Shown here: positions 1 through 13,357 of the stretch, piece after piece
How positions within the stretch are numbered: position 1 is the stretch's first letter
How the letters are laid out: every line of letters begins with the position of its first letter
Assembly (NCBI GenBank): GCA_003693705.1
Contig: RBZT01000794.1
Location: forward strand, 24,430 to 88,429
Length of the DNA stretch: 64,000 nt
Source of the DNA: Polymyxa betae A26-41
Taxonomy: Eukaryota; Protista; Endomyxa: Phytomyxea
Direction of reading: 5' to 3'
The notes under the pieces: model-generated
Databases searched by the model: none
What the model saw: the letters and a program-made list of their open reading frames with translations, nothing else
Told to the model about the DNA's origin: nothing
Made by a program: the position numbers and the translations under genes

Positions 1-2
1 TC

Positions 3-326
3 GCGACCCACGTCACCGTCCGAGGTGAGAAGGCTGAGCAGATCGTGAACCTGGGCCTGCGTGTCAAGGATTACGAAATCAAGGCCAAGAACTTCTCCGA
101 CACCGGCAACTTCGGGTTCGGTATCGAAGAGCACATCGACATGGGTGTCAAGTACGACCCGGCCGTCGGTATCTACGGTATGGACTTCTACGTCGTCCTG
201 TCCCGACCCGGTGGTCGTGTCTCCCGCCGTAAACATAAGCAGGGACGTGTGGGCAACCACCATCGCGTCACCAAGGCTGATGCCATGAAATGGGTTCAGA
301 GCACCTTCCAGACCGCCATCGTTTAA
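3..326 (+). CDS. RPL11: 60S ribosomal protein L11 (uL5), 3' part; gene runs off the window start
   Basis: HVTVRGEKA...[37 protein letters not shown] is the uL5 signature. Confidence 0.97.
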   Translation, partial: ATHVTVRGEKAEQIVNLGLRVKDYEIKAKNFSDTGNFGFGIEEHIDMGVKYDPAVGIYGMDFYVVLSRPGGRVSRRKHKQGRVGNHHRVTKADAMKWVQSTFQTAIV

Positions 327-351
327 ATCTGAAAAATACAATTTCTTTATT

Positions 352-775
352 CTAAGCTTGCTTGTCGCTCCTCAAGGTTCCATCGCCGCCCAGGCAGTTT
401 GGCGATGGCTGATACTCGCTGCTGGCGCTCCATTGGGTGACAGTTCTTGCGACAATTGATAGAGCATGGACGCCATTTTTAAGCTCGTTAGCGAGAGTTT
501 CCTGGACAGAACGATGGCGAGCTAAGAGACCTTGTCCTTCGAAATCGTTCGATACGATAACGACTCGGAAATGCGTCTGTTGAGAGGTTCAGCTTAATCG
601 ATTGGAAGCGCATTGAATCGACCTCCGAGCCTCTGGGAACGTTGTGAGAGGCGCTCTCGTTGATCACTTCCAGATGTTCAGGACGGAATCGCGCTGTCAG
701 TTTGTCGCGGATCGAGGTGGCGATCGGCCCAGCCGGTGAAGCTATCTTGGTCGAGATCATGCGCGCCACTCTCAT
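352..775 (-). CDS. BOLA1: BolA-like protein (BolA1 type), 2 exons
   Basis: Exon 1 LEVINESASHNVPRGSE; intron ~577-623; exon 2 THFRVVIVSNDFEG..RHRSV..GVHALSI..SPNCLGG*. Confidence 0.92.
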
Positions 776-879
776 GCTCTCGAAATGACCTCACCGCGCA
801 ATTCAAAGATGGAATGTCGTGAAGTTTGTATGCTGGTTAGATCAACTGGTTTACTTATCAATTCTATATTATCGTGTTG

Positions 880-2815
880 CTACAGCAAACTATTGTGGGT
901 ATATCTCCAATCGGTTCTTGAATCCAGAGATCTGTTGAAAGGCTTCGGCTCTTCAATAGCCTTGCCACCGTCGTCTATAATCAGTAGAGGCGCTTGAATG
1001 CCAGGAAGCGACCTAGCTGTGGGTCGAATCCAATCAGGTGTGGACGGATTGCTTTCGAAGACGTTGGTTTGTTTCTTGGTCGCTGTATTTGGGCGACAGA
1101 TTAAGGCCCCGGGCCTGATTTCACCATCTTTTCGCTGCAAATGATCATGAAGTTGCAGCTGCAGGGTGGAATTGCTTGATTCCAAATTCTTCACAGTTGT
1201 GCGAAGTTCGTTTAGTTCGCTTGAAATCTAGAGATGTGTCAAATAGAGCCGATTAAAAATCTCTAAAGGTTGCTATACCTTTTCACTCAAGGCGTGCATC
1301 TCGCAAAGCTGCTTGAGAGCAGTTGTAAGCTCTTCTTTCTTAACAGAGAGAGTTTTTGTTGCTTTCTCTTTATCCGCTTTCAATATGCTAATTTGCTGCA
1401 GCAAACGGTCCTGTTGAGAAATGTGAGTACAGCCGCCTCAAGAGGACAATCATGATTTATTACACGCTCCGCGTCAGCAGCTTCCTGTTCCTGCTTAAAC
1501 TGATCCAAAAGAGACGTTTTTGACGCAAGCTCTTGTTCCGAGTCGTCTTGAGTTTGCTGTAATTTAACACTCGCCTCAGACAGCTGATGTTGGACATTCT
1601 GATGACAATTTCAGGTACGGAATTGAAAATCTTCATTCAAAGCACCTGTAACTCCTTTTCGAGTCGACTTCTATTGCTCGATTCCAAAGCATAGAGAACT
1701 TCAATTCTGGCAACATTGGCTTTCGCTTCTTTTGCTGCCAAACGATATTCTTGTAAATGATGAATCTCGGCTTTTTGTTCCTGGAACGATGCTGAGCATG
1801 AGAACACTTCTCTTGAAAAGATCCGATAGAACCTCGATGGTTTTGGAGAGCAGGGATTGCTGTGACATCTGCTGCGTCAATTGTTCTGACGATATTCGCA
1901 GTTGCTCGTTGAGATCGTTATTCCTCTTCATCTCTTTCTCGAACTCGCCAGCATATCGCATTCGCGTCTTCCACAAAACGTTTGAATACGATTCGTATAG
2001 CGATTTATAGTCAATCTGAATTTCTGTCCACAACATTTCAGCTTCGCGACGCTCGAAAAAACACAGAGCAATACCGAGACAATCCATGTCGTGCAGGCCC
2101 AGTTGACGTGGAGTCTTATCATACTTCAACACATCACTCTGTAATGCAACTTTCTGTGAGGGATGTTGTTCAGGATCCGTTTTTGATTCAAGCAGCCGTA
2201 GAGTATATTGGCCAATGTCGTCATCGGAGACCTCCCTTCCAAAGCTTCGGTGATGGAATTGCACGAGCTCTCTTAATGGGCATGACTTCAGCAGCCGATA
2301 GCAAACTTCATTCTGCATTTTGTCAGATGGAGACCAAATTTCACCTCTGAGAACATACTTGCTCTGTGGACTGATCACAGATTACTAAACGAATTTTTTC
2401 GCGCTCAAGCAATGGTTGCATGCGATCGGTTTCGCTTTCCACCTAGCCAAAATTACTCGAAGCAAATTATTTGCAGAATAATGGAAACCTGGATGCCGAA
2501 TCCTGGTCGCCTAGCCTGATACCGACGCCGAGTTTTCAGAGGCGCCGGCTGCGAGACCGCTTCCAAAGGGAGTCGCATTTTGGGTCGAATATACAGATCT
2601 TCAAACAGCACCAAGATTAAGATCGTAATCACCAAAGTCGGGCCCGCTATCATTTTCAGCCATACAGGCGATAGCGATTCTATCAGCAAATAAGCACCAC
2701 CATTTTCTATCATAGAACCTGGTTGGCAAACACCTGGAGACCGGACACAGGCGCCGGCGTCCAACAAGCCGAGCCATATGAACAGATGACAACCGGCGTC
2801 GACAATATCAGACAT
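880..2815 (-). CDS. Hypothetical multi-exon coiled-coil protein with an N-terminal hydrophobic segment
   Basis: Collinear minus-strand ORFs 2453-2815, 1701-2378 and 880-1194 separated by short GT-AG gaps; Q/E/K/L-rich heptads; no recognisable domain. Confidence 0.5.
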
Positions 2816-3241
2816 GATCGGCGAAATCCATCAATGTACCAAATCGATTCAGAATGTAACCTGGACCACATCAGACAGGGTCAGTCATTCTGCCCGGCTC
2901 GTCATAGGACTGCTAGACCAAGTGGTCAGTTTTCGGTTTCTAACAGAATCTGACAGCATCAGATGCCGACCGGCAATGCTGAAACTTCCAGAACTGCCAG
3001 CAAAAGTTTCGAAATCGATTAGAAAATGAAAACATCGATGAGAGACAATCAAAGAGGGAGCGATCGTAACGTAATATCAGCGTTGCTTTTTATCAACATT
3101 TTATAGATAACCTCAGAAATGATGATGGCTTGAATAGAAGGGCATGTGAGGCGCAGCCTCAGTTGAAATGTTCAAGTCAGCAGGCAACAGTGACCTCTTA
3201 CAACCGATGAGCTCGTTCTTGTCTTCGTCGTTGTCGTGATT

Positions 3242-3649
3242 ATGACGAGGGGGTTTTGGAGGACGACGCGACAGACCCTCGCCCGGATCTTTCTCCGTCG
3301 GAGATATGTCGGAAGCGATCGTATTGGCAATGATTACTTCTTGGAAGGCGACAAGCGCCAGATCGACTATAACGATCGTCTGCCTGATCCGCGTACGATC
3401 CCCTGTCAGTGGAATCGCTGGTTACGATTTCAGCGGCAAAACATCCCAAGCGATCCTGAAATCGCACGCGAAGAGCAAGCGAAAGCTGAAAAGCAGCAGC
3501 GTATCGACGATATTCGTCAGGCCGAGAAAACCAGGCGCGAAGCTGAAGGCGACGTTGTATTTGTCAAAGGGCGTCCATTCACAGGGATTGAGCACCTAAT
3601 ACAAGTTCTGGAAGAGGAGCGTCGGCGTGAAGGATCTTCAAAACGATAA
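3242..3649 (+). CDS. NDUFA12/NDUFAF2 (mimitin) family complex I protein
   Basis: YVGSDRIGNDYF...IPCQWNRWLRFQRQNIPS matches the NDUFA12-family pattern VGxDxxGNxY...PxEWxxWLR. Confidence 0.82.
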   Translation: MTRGFWRTTRQTLARIFLRRRYVGSDRIGNDYFLEGDKRQIDYNDRLPDPRTIPCQWNRWLRFQRQNIPSDPEIAREEQAKAEKQQRIDDIRQAEKTRREAEGDVVFVKGRPFTGIEHLIQVLEEERRREGSSKR

Positions 3650-3729
3650 TTGTATTGGCAATTTCCACATCACTGCGCAGTTTCGAGACTGCAACTGCGC
3701 AGATTTGAATCGATTATCGTCGCCCTCAC

Positions 3730-5237
3730 GATGGGCGGTTTGTTCGGTGAGCCAAGCCTCAGCCCATCTCGGTATCTATCATGGGCTGTACGTAATCTAG
3801 CTCATATACGCGTATCGGAATTTCCAGTATGAAACCGCAACTGATCTTGGAAAAAAGTCCAATTTTTATGCTCAGGTTCCCTTGAAGAGAATGCCACCTG
3901 GTGTGGAATCAATGATGCTTTATGATATCAGTACTGAAATTTTTTCCATTTAAAATACGTCCTGATGGCATTGCTAAGGTCTATGTCGGAGAGGATCTGA
4001 TGAAGAGCTATGCCGGACTCACCCGCTTTTATGGCGCCGGGTTGCTCGAGGGAACGTCTTGCTGCGGATCCGGTATAGCGATGGCGCCAAAGATGAGATT
4101 CGGTTCATCCTGCAGGGGCTACGGAAGTTCGCCGCATACGAACCGCTTCCAACCAACTCCAATGCGAGTGATACTACAAATTGCGGTCACTCTGACCTTT
4201 CATTTCCCGAGCCCGATTCATCAAGTACGTTTCCCAGCAATCATTTTTAATTTCCTGAATTATCTCTAGACAACTTCAAGTGCTCTATCTGTGAGGCGAA
4301 AATCAAAACCAAAGGCCCCAATTGGCCGTTTTTTTTTGCTGGTGGCGCTCAAGCTTTGGAGTCAACTGAGTCCTATATTGCAACCGAAAAAGAGAACGGA
4401 GAGGCTGCTCATTTCAGCGTGATTGAGGTGAACGACGACGCCCTTTACGTAATTGGATCGAAGAATGTTCATATGGTGATTCGTAATGCTGATGATATTG
4501 GCCTATATGAAGGCGGCGCCGAACGCCTGCTTCCTCCCGATTATAGCGGATGCTCAACGTCCTCCGCTGACATCCATGACAGATTCGCTTATGCGAAGCG
4601 TATCGCTTCGACTCTTATGAATCTTCTATTTGAGCAAGACCGCAGCCATCTGATCGACGTAATGCAACGTGAAGCGCTTACCGCTAACTTCGAGCTAATC
4701 GACCCCGGTTCGCGCCACTTTGTGTATTATACTAGCGTGTCGCGTCCTGAACTGCGCTTCGTCGCCTGGACATCGGTCGATTTGGATCCGGTTTCCGATG
4801 GTCTAACTCGGCACTACTTGCATTCGCTACAGTTAGCTCAAGATTGTGGATTGAAAATTGTTCAATATCATCGTTATGGTCGCAATGATCTAAGCAAATT
4901 GCTTAAGGACAACCTGTCTCGGGTTAACTCGGAAGGTGTCGTGGTGTATTGCTGCGATGACAGGGGGCGGACGTTGGGTCTGTGGAAAGTAAAAACTGTT
5001 TGGTACACGATGCATAAATGTATCTGTAATGTCCTGCTGCGACCCAAGCCCTCATCACTAGATGCCAAGATCCAAGAGTTCGGGCGTAGACTGAGCTTGT
5101 CTAAAGCCGAAATCGAGCATTGGCGTGATATTGGTCGTGGCTTTCATAGCTGGCTTGAGAAGCGTTGCCTTCTTGATATTGACAATCTGCGATCGAGATA
5201 TTCGTCGCTTTTCGCTGAATACCAAGCCAGCATATAA
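3730..5237 (+). CDS. Stand-alone ATP-dependent RNA ligase-like nucleotidyltransferase (Rnl1/Trl1-LIG-like), multi-exon
   Basis: Spliced reading gives VARGN..GLRKF then motifs I TEKENG, Ia GSKN, III FEL, IIIa RFVAW, IV EGVVVY, V KVK. Confidence 0.72.
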
Positions 5238-5274
5238 TTGTATCAATCCTAATAAGTTATCTAACAAGTGTGTA

Positions 5275-7221
5275 TTATGTGTCTAGAAGATCGACACTTA
5301 TTGTGACCTGGAGGTCATCGGGATTCTCGTGCTCATATGAGTTCTCAGCATTTACGATAGCCTCTTGAAACTGATCTAACCACATTGACTTATCAGATGG
5401 CTTATCGCAGCAGATAATCACGCTTGAATTGCATCCCTGGAACTTGACCAAATTTCGATAATCACCGTCATCATTCATATCGCTGACGCGCGCGCCTCTC
5501 AGAGCTATAACGGAATGCTGTCGCAGACCGGCGCCGGACGTTCGCGTCGCGAATACAGCTGCATCATTGCATAATATAACGACAGCTGCCGGCGTCGATC
5601 TCGCGTTCCGTGTCCAGAAAGCGGACGTATTCTCGAGCAGTAGACGACAATCGCCGGTTCGGATCAGGACCCGAGACGCCGATACCAGATTGATATGGCC
5701 AGCAAATTCTTCCCACTGTAGCTTCTCGAGCGGCGACGTCGCCGACGATATTGCATTGATGTCATGGATGAGCTCTGTAATGGCCTTCTTAGCTTTGACC
5801 ACCTATTAGAGCCATAGTCAGTCATGTCAGTCATGTAACATTGCAATGTTGGAGCAACCCGCTCCTCATCTTCTTACCCTGCGCGACCCTGGTGTGTGTT
5901 GCTCAATTCGATCTAAGAACAGTGCATATCGAGGCAGACGCTGAACAGGAAGGATCAAGAGAGAGCTGATCTCGCGGTCGGTCTCCATGCGAATCCCCTC
6001 GAGCAGCGAGTTGAATGCCGGGACGGCCGGTCGCAGCCGTGTGAGCAGCTGAGTCGACGACGCGAACATGGCGAGATAGTTCGTGTATGGCCAGCGGAAA
6101 CGCTCCAGGGTGTCGTTGAAGATGGCGCAGAACATAGAGACCTGCTGGGCCGTCGTATGGCGATCGGTGAAGGCGTCGCTGAATTGCATCAGCAACTCCT
6201 GGTGAATGGCAATGATATCGGTTGGATCCAGGAGACAGATCCTGGTCTGGTCTAAAGAGATGATGGCGGTGGCCGCGTCCTCTGCCATCTCCATCATTCG
6301 GTCGTGATAGAACTCTTTCAGCGTCCTCAGATCGTTGAGATAGCGAATTTCGGTCTCCAAAATCTCCTTCAGTAGGTTCAGGACCTGGTCGCGATCGCCG
6401 CGTCGTGCTTCCGGCACCGATACTGCTTTCTTTGGCCTTTCCGGCTCCGGCTCATGAACGACGTTGGGCTTGGAGATTCGTGTGTTCTGCTGCACATTTC
6501 GCTGAGGCAAAAGATCATCGCGCATGGGGGCCTCACGCCAATCACCATCATCGTCAAAGCTGGGTCTGGTTTCGATGCGATTTCGTTTCGACCACTCCGG
6601 CGGGCGGCGCTCTGCATGAGGACGCCTTTCTACATCCATGAACGCGGTCTCGGGGCGGCTCCTCTGTTGAGGAGGGCGTTGTTCAGGTGACGATGACCGA
6701 GAACGCCGATCCATTATTTGCACATCTCTCGGCGACGTTTCGTAACGATTTCTTGCTGGATGTCTCGGAGGGCGACGCCCCAACGGAGAAGGTCGCCGTA
6801 CCACCTGGCCCATCCCAGGGCGATTCACTTCTATCGGTGGGCGTCGTTCGGGACTCGGGTGTTGAACGATCTCCATCAAAGACATCTCGGATCGCCGTTC
6901 CGGAGGAGACTGCGAACGCGGTTCCTTCACCTCCACGTCAGCAAACGGCGGGATTCGCGACGGCAGCGTACGGCTGGGTCGTCGCGGGCGCGAGAACGCC
7001 TTCTGATTCAGATCGCAATCTTCGTCGAACAAAGACTGATTGCGAACGGGCGATCGCACGGGCGATTTCTCCACAGCTCGCGATTTACCCCGCTGCTTCC
7101 GTCGCCGTCTCGGCAGTTGTGAAGGGGACGGGGGCGCTGACAGCTTCACATACGACATGGCGTCAGGATTCGTGAAATACCGATTTGTGAAAAACCGGAT
7201 CGGGCTTTGATGGGCCGGCAT
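5275..7221 (-). CDS. RhoGEF (DH-PH) protein with a long Pro/Arg/Ser-rich N-terminus
   Basis: DH motifs LKEILETEIRYLNDL and LLILPVQRLPRYALFL; PH domain in the 5275-5802 exon (LCND...DKSMWLDQF). Confidence 0.9.
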
Positions 7222-7268
7222 GACAAAGCCTGGCCGGCGGGGGGAGCGACCCCGGCGCTAATCGAGTT

Positions 7269-8488
7269 ATGGACCAAGGGCGGCCGCTGTTGACTCAGGC
7301 GTGCAAATTTATATCGTCACAAATCGCTTTCAGGCTGACGAATGCGGGCGCGTGCCTCTCAAATCGCTACCGACGATGTCGCTGGATCATCCCCGGTTCG
7401 TCGCCGCGAATCCTTACCGCCAGCAGACGCCAGAGTCGGAGACGAAGAAATCGGCACCGGCGCGATTCAACCAACCGTCGCCGTACTCCTATCGATCCAT
7501 ACCGGTGCCGCATACCCATTTCCATCGTCATCATCACCATCGGCATCACCTTGACCACGATTCTTTGCATCTCGCATACGATTGTATTCTCGGTCTGCCG
7601 TTTCGTGGATCGCTGGCCCATGTCGGTGTGATCGGCAGCAGCCGGACGTCAGAGCCCACTTGCATTCGGCGACGGGGCCAAGGGCCCGCCGATATCAGGT
7701 GGACGATGCAGTCCGGCGCCGACCAGATGGTTGTGCATGCGATCTCGAGCGGATTCGTTGACGGCAACCAGGCCCGGCTCATTGTGAATGGAGTCGATTA
7801 CAGTATGAACTGCAGGGGCGTTAATATGATTTTGATCGACCCGAACACGCTCGATATTCGATCGGCGTGTTTCGATACGCATCTGTATTCGGGCGACGGC
7901 AACGCCAGCCTGCAGCAGTTCGCAGCGGATGCAGTGCGGCGACCTGGCTGGGTCTTCGCTCTGGCGGTCAAAGATGACGCTGCCACGAACCTTGTCCGCG
8001 ATTCGCGCCTCGCTCTGGAAAGCCTGGGCGTCGATCTGGGAGCGGTCGATGACGCTGGAACATTACAAGTGATTGCCGTTTTGGGAACGTCCGGGATCCA
8101 TCTAACTGGCTGATAGAGGTTGCTTATCGAACGGGGACACGTTCTGCCGCCGCGCGAAGCCAGCATCTTGATGAATCTGGCCTCTCGCATGGAGGCCCGT
8201 CGCTGCATCGAGGTCTTGGTCCAGTACGGTTGGAGCGTCAACATCAATGCCTTGACTGGGCCTCAAAACACGCCCCTCCATGACGCCATTCGGCGCGGGA
8301 ATAAATCTACTGCCCTGACGCTGTTCGCGTTGGGCGCCGATTCGACGCTGTTCAATCGCGATCGAAGATCGGCTGATGATCTGGCCCGGAGTCTTTATAA
8401 GGCGCCCAGCGCCATCGATTACGCCCGGTCCGGCGATTCCCACGAACTCGAGCTGATGGAGTCCATATATCGCGAATTGATTGGATAG
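7269..8488 (+). CDS. ILEI/FAM3-like (GG) domain plus ankyrin-repeat protein
   Basis: RGVNMILID..FDTH..ALAVKDDAATNL..LESLG (ILEI pattern); NTPLHDAIRRGNKSTALTLFALGAD (ankyrin); start uncertain. Confidence 0.7.
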
Positions 8489-8598
8489 CATTGTTTTAGA
8501 TAGACAGTCTCGATCGAGCGATCGTATTGTCGAAATAAACTCCCGATCTGAATCCCAGATCGTTGGCTGCAAAACACTGGAACACAGGGTAAGGTTTA

Positions 8599-9814
8599 CT
8601 AGGGATTTAACCAAGGGTGGTCGAGGATCTCATCTAATGATGGCCGAAGATCGACCTCCTTTTGTAGCATGGCTCGAAGCAGATCAGCAACGGGATGCTC
8701 AGCGATACTATCCGGAATATCCAAGTAGCAGGCCTGAATGCGGCCGAACAACCCCATCAGATTTTCGCTGTAGAACGGCAACGCTCCAGTCAACATGCTG
8801 TATAGAGTGACACCCACCGCCCAAATATCGGCCTGACGTCCATCATATCCGGATCCCTCGCACGCTTCCGGCGGCATGAACTGTAATGACGTTAGTCATC
8901 GAGCGAGTAAACGATGGAGCTATTACGGCGTAGGTCCCGGTCGTATCGAAATACAGAGGTGCCGAACTGAAGCGTTCAGCGACGCCGAAATCCGATAGTA
9001 ACAGTCGCGGCTGGCCGTTCGCCATTTTGACGAGAATGTTGGCGGGTTTTATATCACGATGGCATAATGACATTTGATTGTGTACTATAAACGAGTTAGA
9101 TGGCTGGTTGGTGAGACCAGCGACTGACAATATCGGACGGCTTCGATAAGTTGGCGAAAGCAGGACCGGGCGACAGCTTCGTCGAGAATGAACGGCTGTT
9201 GAGATTGACCTGAGCTCCAGGAACACAGAAAACTGTTTGTTGATTGCTGCCATGATAACAGCTCGCCAAGATCGGCATATTCCAAAACTGCAAAATGTTT
9301 TCGTCAGCAAAGTTGTTATTTAGAAAGGTGCGTAAGTGGTTGCGCAAAAAGTGCGGGCCTTTCCCACAACTGCGAACTATGAAAAGTGTTTCACCAGCAA
9401 CTGCGCACTTAGAAAAGTGTTCACCTATGACAATTTTATCGTTGTCTGGATTGTCGATGACCTCATAGAGAGTGATGATGTTCGGGTGATGATCCTCTGC
9501 ATTCGACATCATTGTCAGATGCGTGATCTCCGTCTGGCATCGATCATGGCCGTGGCTCGGGCTCAGCATACTCTGCTGCAGCTGCTTCTTCATCCGGCTC
9601 TTCGAGAAGATCTTCAACGCCTGCAGCACGTTATCGCACGACGCCCATAGAATCACCTTCCTACACGCATATTGCCATTATCATCAACGGCGGCGAACAC
9701 TCTCGACGACGTCCCGCTCCCGAGCTCCTTCCCGATTCTATACTGATTGATAAACTTGACGCCGTCATCGTCTCTATGCTGATGAAATTCACTAGTCCGA
9801 ACTACGATCATCAT
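8599..9814 (-). CDS. Ser/Thr protein kinase, CAMKK/GRIK-like, multi-exon
   Basis: INQYRIGKELGSG, ALKIFSK, HPNIITLYEVIDNP, HRDIKPANIL, DFG, GT..MPPE, ADIWAVGVTLY. Confidence 0.9.
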
Positions 9815-9953
9815 CTAATTCATTTCATAATGATTCGCTACGCCTGATCTCTATACAACATTACCACAATTGACAGGCAGATTTAACCGGCTATTTTATA
9901 CGATCACGAGTTCGTACTAATTGATCGTGTCGTTTATCAGCCAGTTTGATTGC

Positions 9954-10746
9954 ATGTCGCAACCATCGTCTTCCACGCCACCAAAGCCACATTATTTCTA
10001 TACAAATTATCAGCTATCGAATAGGTTCGAAAATCGTTCCGCTTTCGACCACGATTTAATCGGTTCGTAGCGCTGTCCAGTTACGATCGAAGATCGATCC
10101 TTATGTTCGCCCAACCCGAGAACCCATCTCACGAAGCTATACATCGGTGCTGACCGAATATCAGGAGTCGATGGCGCGAGGATTGCAGCCAAGATTCCCG
10201 CGAATGCGATCTCGTCCAGGTTCGCCGCCGCCATCGCTCTCCTGTTCTAACATCACGTCTTCAGATTCGGCGCTCCAGCAGCGACGCTCCGGAAAAAAGC
10301 TCTTCGATGGAACGCCGCCCTCCATCGAATACAAACACAAGAAGCGAGAACGTCTTCTGGTGGGAATCCGGAGCCGTACTGGTCCTTTTTTTTAATTGGT
10401 GTCGCAGGCGTCGAATGCGCAGTCGGTGGGTGCTGAAAAGCGTTGGTCGTGGGATAAGGCGAAGCCGCCGCCGCAGCCGAACGACGGCCCTCGGGTGCGG
10501 CCGTCGCCGACGGCGCTGTCGTCGTCGCACCCGAACTCGATCGACTCGATCGTGACGGACTGGCGCGAACGCCTCGTGCAGAGCCGCCGGAGCGAACCCG
10601 TCCATTATCATCGGAAGAATCTGTTCAGCCGGCAGACGTTCATCGATGGGACGGCCGAGATGCGCGCCATCATGCACGACTATCCGTACGACCCGCTCGG
10701 CCTGAAACCGCATTCCTGCGATTACGACAATTACAAACCCGGATAG
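9954..10746 (+). CDS. Hypothetical Pro/Ser-rich protein, multi-exon
   Basis: Collinear plus-strand ORFs 10147-10395 and 10396-10746 with GC3-rich codons; no domain recognised. Confidence 0.45.
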
Positions 10747-10752
10747 CGATTT

Positions 10753-11940
10753 TTATGTCGTGTGCAGAGCCTCATCTGTATCGGTCGAGGTCGGGCAGAG
10801 ATCTTTGGCGACCGAATGCGTTGCCAATCCTTCATGCAAGCAGAGACGTTTCCCGAAACTATGGACGTCGTCCAACGCCGCGAGAGCGTTCTCGTGGTCG
10901 TTGTTGAGCTTGTGAAAGGCGAACAGTCCCGTCAGCAGCGGCAGATGCCATAACGACGTCCGGAACAGCCGCCTGGCCGTGTCATCGGACGGATTCTCGT
11001 GGAATCGCCACGCGCGATGCAGCAGAAACGCGTTCGCCAGCGTCCCGTGCGCGGAGAAGATCATGCTGGTCATACCGACCCCCGACGTGATAATCGGTAA
11101 CGGGAACAGCAACGCGCTGTAGACGAGCGACGACAAGGCGGTCTTGGTGCCGGCGACATCATTCAACGATCGCATTCGATATCCGCCTGCCTGTAAGTTA
11201 GACGGATTGTTGAAGGGCGATTCGATCCTGCCTGCAGCGTAATCGTGACGAAGAAGCCACGCCAACGATAGGAAATGCGGCATCTGCCAGAAGAACAGAA
11301 TCGAGGCGAGAGCGGCTGCTTCTGGAGCCAGCATGGTCCCGGTGGCGGCCGTCCATCCCATGACCGGCGGAATCGCGCCGACAATCGCCCCTGAACGTCC
11401 GGTTTAGTTGAAGGATTCACTCAGGCGATTGATAGGCGACCGATTTCCGTATTGAGCGATGTGAGCTTCTTAACAGGCGTATAGACGTTGGTGTAGAGGA
11501 GAAGGTTGGTGGCGCCCAACAAAGCTGTTAGAGGGTTGGCGCAGGCGTATAGGACAGAGATCCCAGCAGCACCGGCAGCGATTCTGTGAACGTTTAGCTA
11601 TGAGAGGTATACAGAGAATCACCGACCCGAATGCCTTCGCTTTATTGACAGTTAATCGCCCTGATGGCAACGGTCGTTGCCTGGTTCGTCTCATTAACGA
11701 ATCGCTGCGAATCTGCTGAAATTGAGAAAAAAAATGAGAGTTTTTCGTTGCAACTTCGATAATCTGGTTAAAGGCGCTGGCGCTGGAGGCGGTGAGAAAG
11801 GTGCCCGAGACCACACAGGCCAGCGTCGTCACATCAATAGGACTGCCAGCGGCCACGAACCCGAATCCGGCCGTGCTGGCTACCAGCGCCGATAGACGCG
11901 TTTTCGATAGCTGCGAGATCGTTCGCCATGCGGATTGCAT
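10753..11940 (-). CDS. COX10: Protoheme IX farnesyltransferase (heme O synthase); 5' end uncertain
   Basis: LSKTRLSALV, FNQIIE..DSLMRRTRQRPLPSGR, GAIPPVMGWTAATG, FFWQMPHFLSLAW. Confidence 0.95.
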
Positions 11941-12236
11941 CGATAAGGCGATGCACTTCTCATATCAAAGAAGGAACCCTCCTACGAGCAGCCTATACAA
12001 ATACCGCGCTTAATTCAACTTAATTCGAAAATGTGCGTCACTGCGCATCTCACAACCAACTGGAAAAAATGCGAGCTTTGGAGACTTTTAAAAAGGTGCG
12101 CAACACAATCTGCGTTTGCGACAATTGCGCACTTTCCTCCGCCATTGGCATTTATTGTCGGTCGAGAGTCGATTTCGATCCCGAAATCGCCACGAACCAG
12201 GCGACCGCTGACACGTCGTGAATGACATCGGGCTGA

Positions 12237-13357
12237 TGTCAGCGCCGGTCCAGTTCAGCCTGCGATCGGAGCCGAATGGCGTCTCCCAAGCCCCGCCTCC
12301 GCCCGCCTCCATCTTCACCATCAACGCCGAATCCCAAAAGCCCGCCCCGACCAAGGTCGCTCCCATCCCTCTGCCATCATCGCGCGCGGGCGTCTCCGAC
12401 GACACGCCTTTACTCCTGCGTAATGTCAACCCGGATGTTCGAGCCGCCGCCGACAAAGACAAATGTCGTATCGACATGGCGTCGCGACCCGACGCCCCCG
12501 ATCAGGCCGCTTACGATCGCGTTCCCGTTCATGAATTCGGCTACGCCATCATGGCCGGGATGGGATGGTCGAAAGGCAAACCGATCGGCAGATCGAATCC
12601 GCAGGTCGTGGAACCCTTCGAATACCTTCGGCGTCCGCATCTTCTGGGTCTCGGCGCCAACCCGACGCCCGCCGAACTCAACCTGCCCTCGATGACGGGC
12701 AAGAAACGCAAGAAGAACGACGCCGCCGAGATGATCGACCCGAAGACCGGCAAGACGCGCTACCGGAAAGGCATCGACGAAGTCCTCGAGGAACGCGACC
12801 GCCGAATCGGCGTCGGCGATCGCGTCCTGATCGGGTCGGGGCCGCACGCCTCCCTGACCGGCGTCGTCAACGGCCTCAACGAAGACTTCGCCGAGGTCGC
12901 TCTCGATCTCAATCACAAACCGGTTCGAGTCGCGATTCGCGATTTGTCACGCTCGAAGAGCCGTGTCGAGGCTCCGGTCGCAAGGTCCCGTACGTCGTCG
13001 TCGCTGAAGGACCTTACCTGGGTCGTACCGGATCTCGTCGTCCGCGTCGTTAGTCGAGATCGCCGCCTGCAGAAATGGTACAGCTGCAAAGGGCGTGTTT
13101 ATGATATCGTTTCGAGGGCGCAGTTCACGTTGATGATCGACGGCGTCCTGGTCGACGACGTCACGGAGGCGGACGTCGAGACCGTCGTCCCGGATCGGCC
13201 CGGCGTCCGCCTGCGAATCGTGGCCGGGAAGTATAAAGGCCAGTATTCGCGGCTGTATAGGAGGATGGTGGATAAAGGCAAGGCGAAGGTGGACCTGGAT
13301 AATGGTGAGCGCGTCTCTGTCCGATTGGACGATATCAGTCAGGTCGCCGAGTCATGA
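12237..13357 (+). CDS. GPKOW: G-patch and KOW domain splicing factor (GPKOW/Spp2/MOS2)
   Basis: YDRVPVHEFGYAIMAGMGWSKGKPIG...RRPHLLGLGA (Spp2-type G-patch), KOW motifs, KIN17-like C-terminus (VETVVP..GKYKGQ). Confidence 0.9.
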
